DNA from: a virus
Lineage: Duplodnaviria > Caudoviricetes
Length of the DNA: 57,759 nucleotides
Strand: one strand, 5' to 3'
Virus record (IMG/VR): IMGVR_UViG_3300001336_000008
Span: 1 to 57,759 of that record
Shown: in pieces, positions 55,820 to 57,759 of the stretch
How the letters are laid out: each line of letters starts with the position of its first letter
Position numbering within the stretch: the first letter of the stretch is position 1
Program-made: the position numbers and the translations under genes
Notes under the pieces: generated by a model
The model's database searches: none
Told to the model about the DNA's origin: nothing
Seen by the model: only the letters and a program-made list of their open reading frames with translations

Positions 55820-56190
55820 TACAGATCCCTTTTAGTAACCTTATATTGAGAAGGTGTCCTACTGATTTTATATCCTAGTTCATCTGCAAAAGCATGAAGT
55901 TGATCGCACACAATATCAAGCTCTGTTCGCATATCTTGTTTTGCGCGATCAATATCTTTAAAAGTTTTTGAGTCAGATGCGTTTAATTCTTTTTTCAAAA
56001 ACTCATACTTTTCATAAAGACGATCAACGTTTTTTTCCAAATGTTCATGCTTCCACAATTCAGTTTTGTCACTTAATTGTTTGAAGCAACGATTAAGTTC
56101 ATTGTTTAATTTATTGATTCTTGATTCTTGCAATAGTAAAAACAAAAACAAAAACACAATAAGGACAGCTAACATAATTTCAATACTCAT
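55819..56190 (-). CDS. Membrane-anchored coiled-coil protein
   Basis: N-terminal TM segment followed by a coiled coil; AAGGA RBS. Confidence 0.6.
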   Translation of the reverse strand: MSIEIMLAVLIVFLFLFLLLQESRINKLNNELNRCFKQLSDKTELWKHEHLEKNVDRLYEKYEFLKKELNASDSKTFKDIDRAKQDMRTELDIVCDQLHAFADELGYKISRTPSQYKVTKRDL

Positions 56191-56208
56191 TTTATTTCCT
56201 TTAATGAT

Positions 56209-56403
56209 TTAACTATCTTTCCACTTCCAGCCCAGCAACTCTTCAGTATTCTTTATTTGTTCATCAGTAGGTTTTTCATATACGGGAAACAGTATTCCTA
56301 CATTTCCTGGTCCAATTTGCCAATGACCAACTGGTTTAAATGGTTCATGGAACTCAAAACTACCTGCTGATAATTTAGTCGAATTAATCTGTCCCACGTT
56401 CAA
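56209..56403 (-). CDS. Hypothetical protein
   Basis: GGAGG RBS; C-terminal LLGWKW. Confidence 0.55.
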   Translation of the reverse strand: MNVGQINSTKLSAGSFEFHEPFKPVGHWQIGPGNVGILFPVYEKPTDEQIKNTEELLGWKWKDS

Positions 56404-56611
56404 CCTCCCATGCCCAATTGACTATGACCCAGTCTTGCAGACAATCTTCAAAGGTGTAATGTTCATCAACCATATTTTTACCAAACTTATCACACATTCT
56501 TTCGTACCAGTACGGATAATACTCATTGCGAATATCTTCCTCTGACTTAGTCACGACGTACGAATCGATACTAGGATCATCTACATAATCGTTGTACGAA
56601 TAGTATTTCAT
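56384..56611 (-). CDS. Hypothetical protein
   Basis: SEEDI..EYYPYW...CLQDWVIVNWAWE motif; ATGA coupling. Confidence 0.65.
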   Translation of the reverse strand: MKYYSYNDYVDDPSIDSYVVTKSEEDIRNEYYPYWYERMCDKFGKNMVDEHYTFEDCLQDWVIVNWAWEVERGTD

Positions 56612-56934
56612 ACCAAAATGTCAGCCACATCAATCACAGAGATCTTAACATCATCCTTTTCATCAGCCTGTGTACACCAAGTGTTTAATACTCCACCCAT
56701 TAGTGATGAGCATCCGTGAGATCCTTTATAACAAGTATATTCTGAACCCGACTCGTTATGAATCTCGTAGTACTTTTCGTGTTCAACAACCTTAGTGATG
56801 CCACTTGACAAACGCCATGAATCCGATCCAAGATATCCACCGTACCATCCACTGAGGATACGACGCCAAGGTTCTTTGCCTTTTTGTTCAATCTCAATTA
56901 CGATCCAACGATCTGGTGTATACTTATTTCCCAT
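56608..56934 (-). CDS. Conserved phage hypothetical protein
   Basis: YTPDRWIV...GWYGGYLGSDSWRLSSGI...SGSEYTC; GGAG RBS. Confidence 0.7.
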   Translation of the reverse strand: MGNKYTPDRWIVIEIEQKGKEPWRRILSGWYGGYLGSDSWRLSSGITKVVEHEKYYEIHNESGSEYTCYKGSHGCSSLMGGVLNTWCTQADEKDDVKISVIDVADILV

Positions 56935-56952
56935 AATATTCTCCAATTATAA

Positions 56953-57108
56953 TGTGTGAGGGTACTGCCATATCCGTTTAATCCCTAGATTTTATGGGAT
57001 CCCTACCGATTACGAGCCACCATAGCTCGGTTATGTAATGGGGAGGGAGTGGATCGACCTCGGCAGTCAGGATGGTGGTTAAGCACTTCGCTTTCGGACC
57101 CTCACAAA
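56953..57108 (-). ncRNA. Unidentified structured RNA (multi-stem, about 155 nt)
   Basis: Closing stem TGTGAGGGT/ACCCTCACA with nested ACTGCC/GGCAGT, ATTAC/GTAAT, GAGCTAT/GTGGCTC and ATCCC/GGGAT; has its own promoter. Confidence 0.7.
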
Positions 57109-57112
57109 TTAT

Positions 57113-57141
57113 ATTATACAACAAAAACTCGAGAAAGTAAA
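57113..57141 (-). promoter_or_regulatory. sigma70-type promoter
   Basis: TTTACT(57136-41)-17-TATAAT(57113-18). Confidence 0.7.
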
Positions 57142-57144
57142 TAG

Positions 57145-57221
57145 TGGCGCCGCCGAGAGGATTCGAACCCCTGACCTATCGGGTAGAAGCCGACTGCTCT
57201 AATCCACTGAGCTACGGCGGC
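57145..57221 (-). tRNA. tRNA-Arg (UCU)
   Basis: 77-nt cloverleaf, anticodon loop CT-TCT-AC, GTTCGAATC T-loop, encoded CCA. Confidence 0.95.
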
Positions 57222-57230
57222 AAAAAACTT

Positions 57231-57318
57231 TGGCGGGTAGTATTGGATTCGAACCAATGCACCGGTTTCCCAATGACGGATTAGCAATCCGTTGCCTTCA
57301 CCACTCGGCCAACTACCC
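57231..57318 (-). tRNA. tRNA-Ser (GCU)
   Basis: 88 nt with long variable arm, ACGGA-TT-GCT-AA-TCCGT, G discriminator, encoded CCA. Confidence 0.95.
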
Positions 57319-57328
57319 ATTTATATAT

Positions 57329-57481
57329 CTCGGCTATCATAGCCTCCCACTGCTTACAACTGCTCCCCAATTTCCCGTCAATCGGCACCTGTGGTCAGTC
57401 AACGATCCTCATCGGCCCTGCCTTCGAGAGCAGGTGATCCTTGGGGTAGGACTACTAGGCCTAAACCCGCCTAGTCTCGGG
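57329..57481 (-). ncRNA. Second candidate structured RNA
   Basis: GC-rich intergenic tract with ACTAGGC/GCCTAGT, CCCCAA/TTGGGG, CCTGC/GCAGG and CGTTGA/TTGACG stems; strand inferred from context. Confidence 0.5.
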
Positions 57482-57688
57482 CTACTCGTCAAGTCCTTCA
57501 ACTTTAACACCAAAGTGTTGAGCAATATACTGCATACTGTCTAAATTAGTACAATGTGCAATACATTCCCGCACAACATCATGAATCAAATCCTCAACAT
57601 TGCACCAATGGACCACATCATAACCTTCAAATCCATCTTTGATTTCATCTTTATATTGTTCAGCAATTTTCTTAATTTGTTCGTTCAT
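57482..57688 (-). CDS. Hypothetical protein
   Basis: MNEQIKKIAEQ...VVRECI...IAQHFGV motif common in small phage ORFs. Confidence 0.6.
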   Translation of the reverse strand: MNEQIKKIAEQYKDEIKDGFEGYDVVHWCNVEDLIHDVVRECIAHCTNLDSMQYIAQHFGVKVEGLDE

Positions 57689-57759
57689 ATTTTATTCCAA
57701 AATGCTTCAACATAAACTCATCTAGTTCCAAATCACCAGTAAAGTCGAATTCGTGACTA

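Noticed and set aside
57108-57144. Theta (HDV-like) ribozyme at the tRNA 3' end
   Set aside because: The sequence directly after CCA is an AT-rich promoter, with no nested double pseudoknot at the junction.
57360-57450. Hammerhead ribozyme (CCGATGAG...GAAA around a three-way junction)
   Set aside because: The core is CCGAUGA rather than CUGAUGA, and the NUH cleavage triplet next to stem III is missing.
57114-57544. ORFs 57114..57320 and 57230..57544
   Set aside because: They overlap the two tRNA genes and are spurious.
1-57759. Stop-codon reassignment, introns or inteins
   Set aside because: Core genes are full length in the standard code, use TAA, TAG and TGA as stops, and show no intein or intron signatures or unexplained gaps.

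Overview
This is a fragment of a large T4-like myophage genome (standard genetic code), with an architecture closer to marine/freshwater T4-likes than to coliphage T4. Positions 1-28.8 kb hold accessory virion/fibre genes: Mtd_N-like fibres, a PA14 protein, an LRR protein, two large paralogues, a beta-helix protein and a DUF4815/VrlC-like giant. Positions 28.8-46.4 kb hold the baseplate/tail module: gp8, gp7, gp6, gp25, PAAR, a muralytic hydrolase, gp5, hub, gp53, gp48, gp4, gp2, gp54, gp26/gp51 and a probable tape measure, served by TATAAATA late promoters. Positions 46.4-49.4 kb hold gp32, gp59 and gp33. Positions 49.4-57.8 kb are an early/accessory region with repeated sigma70 promoter cassettes, a 2OG-Fe(II) oxygenase, an Acb1 anti-CBASS nuclease, tRNA-Arg and tRNA-Ser. 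The strongest observations are: a circularly permuted two-piece tmRNA (tag ANDNAFLMAA); two unexplained structured RNAs flanking the tRNAs, one with its own promoter; a candidate -1 frameshift joining gp26 to gp51 upstream of the tape measure; and a GH19 domain inserted inside an M15 peptidase. All family assignments come from motif recognition by eye; no database search was run.
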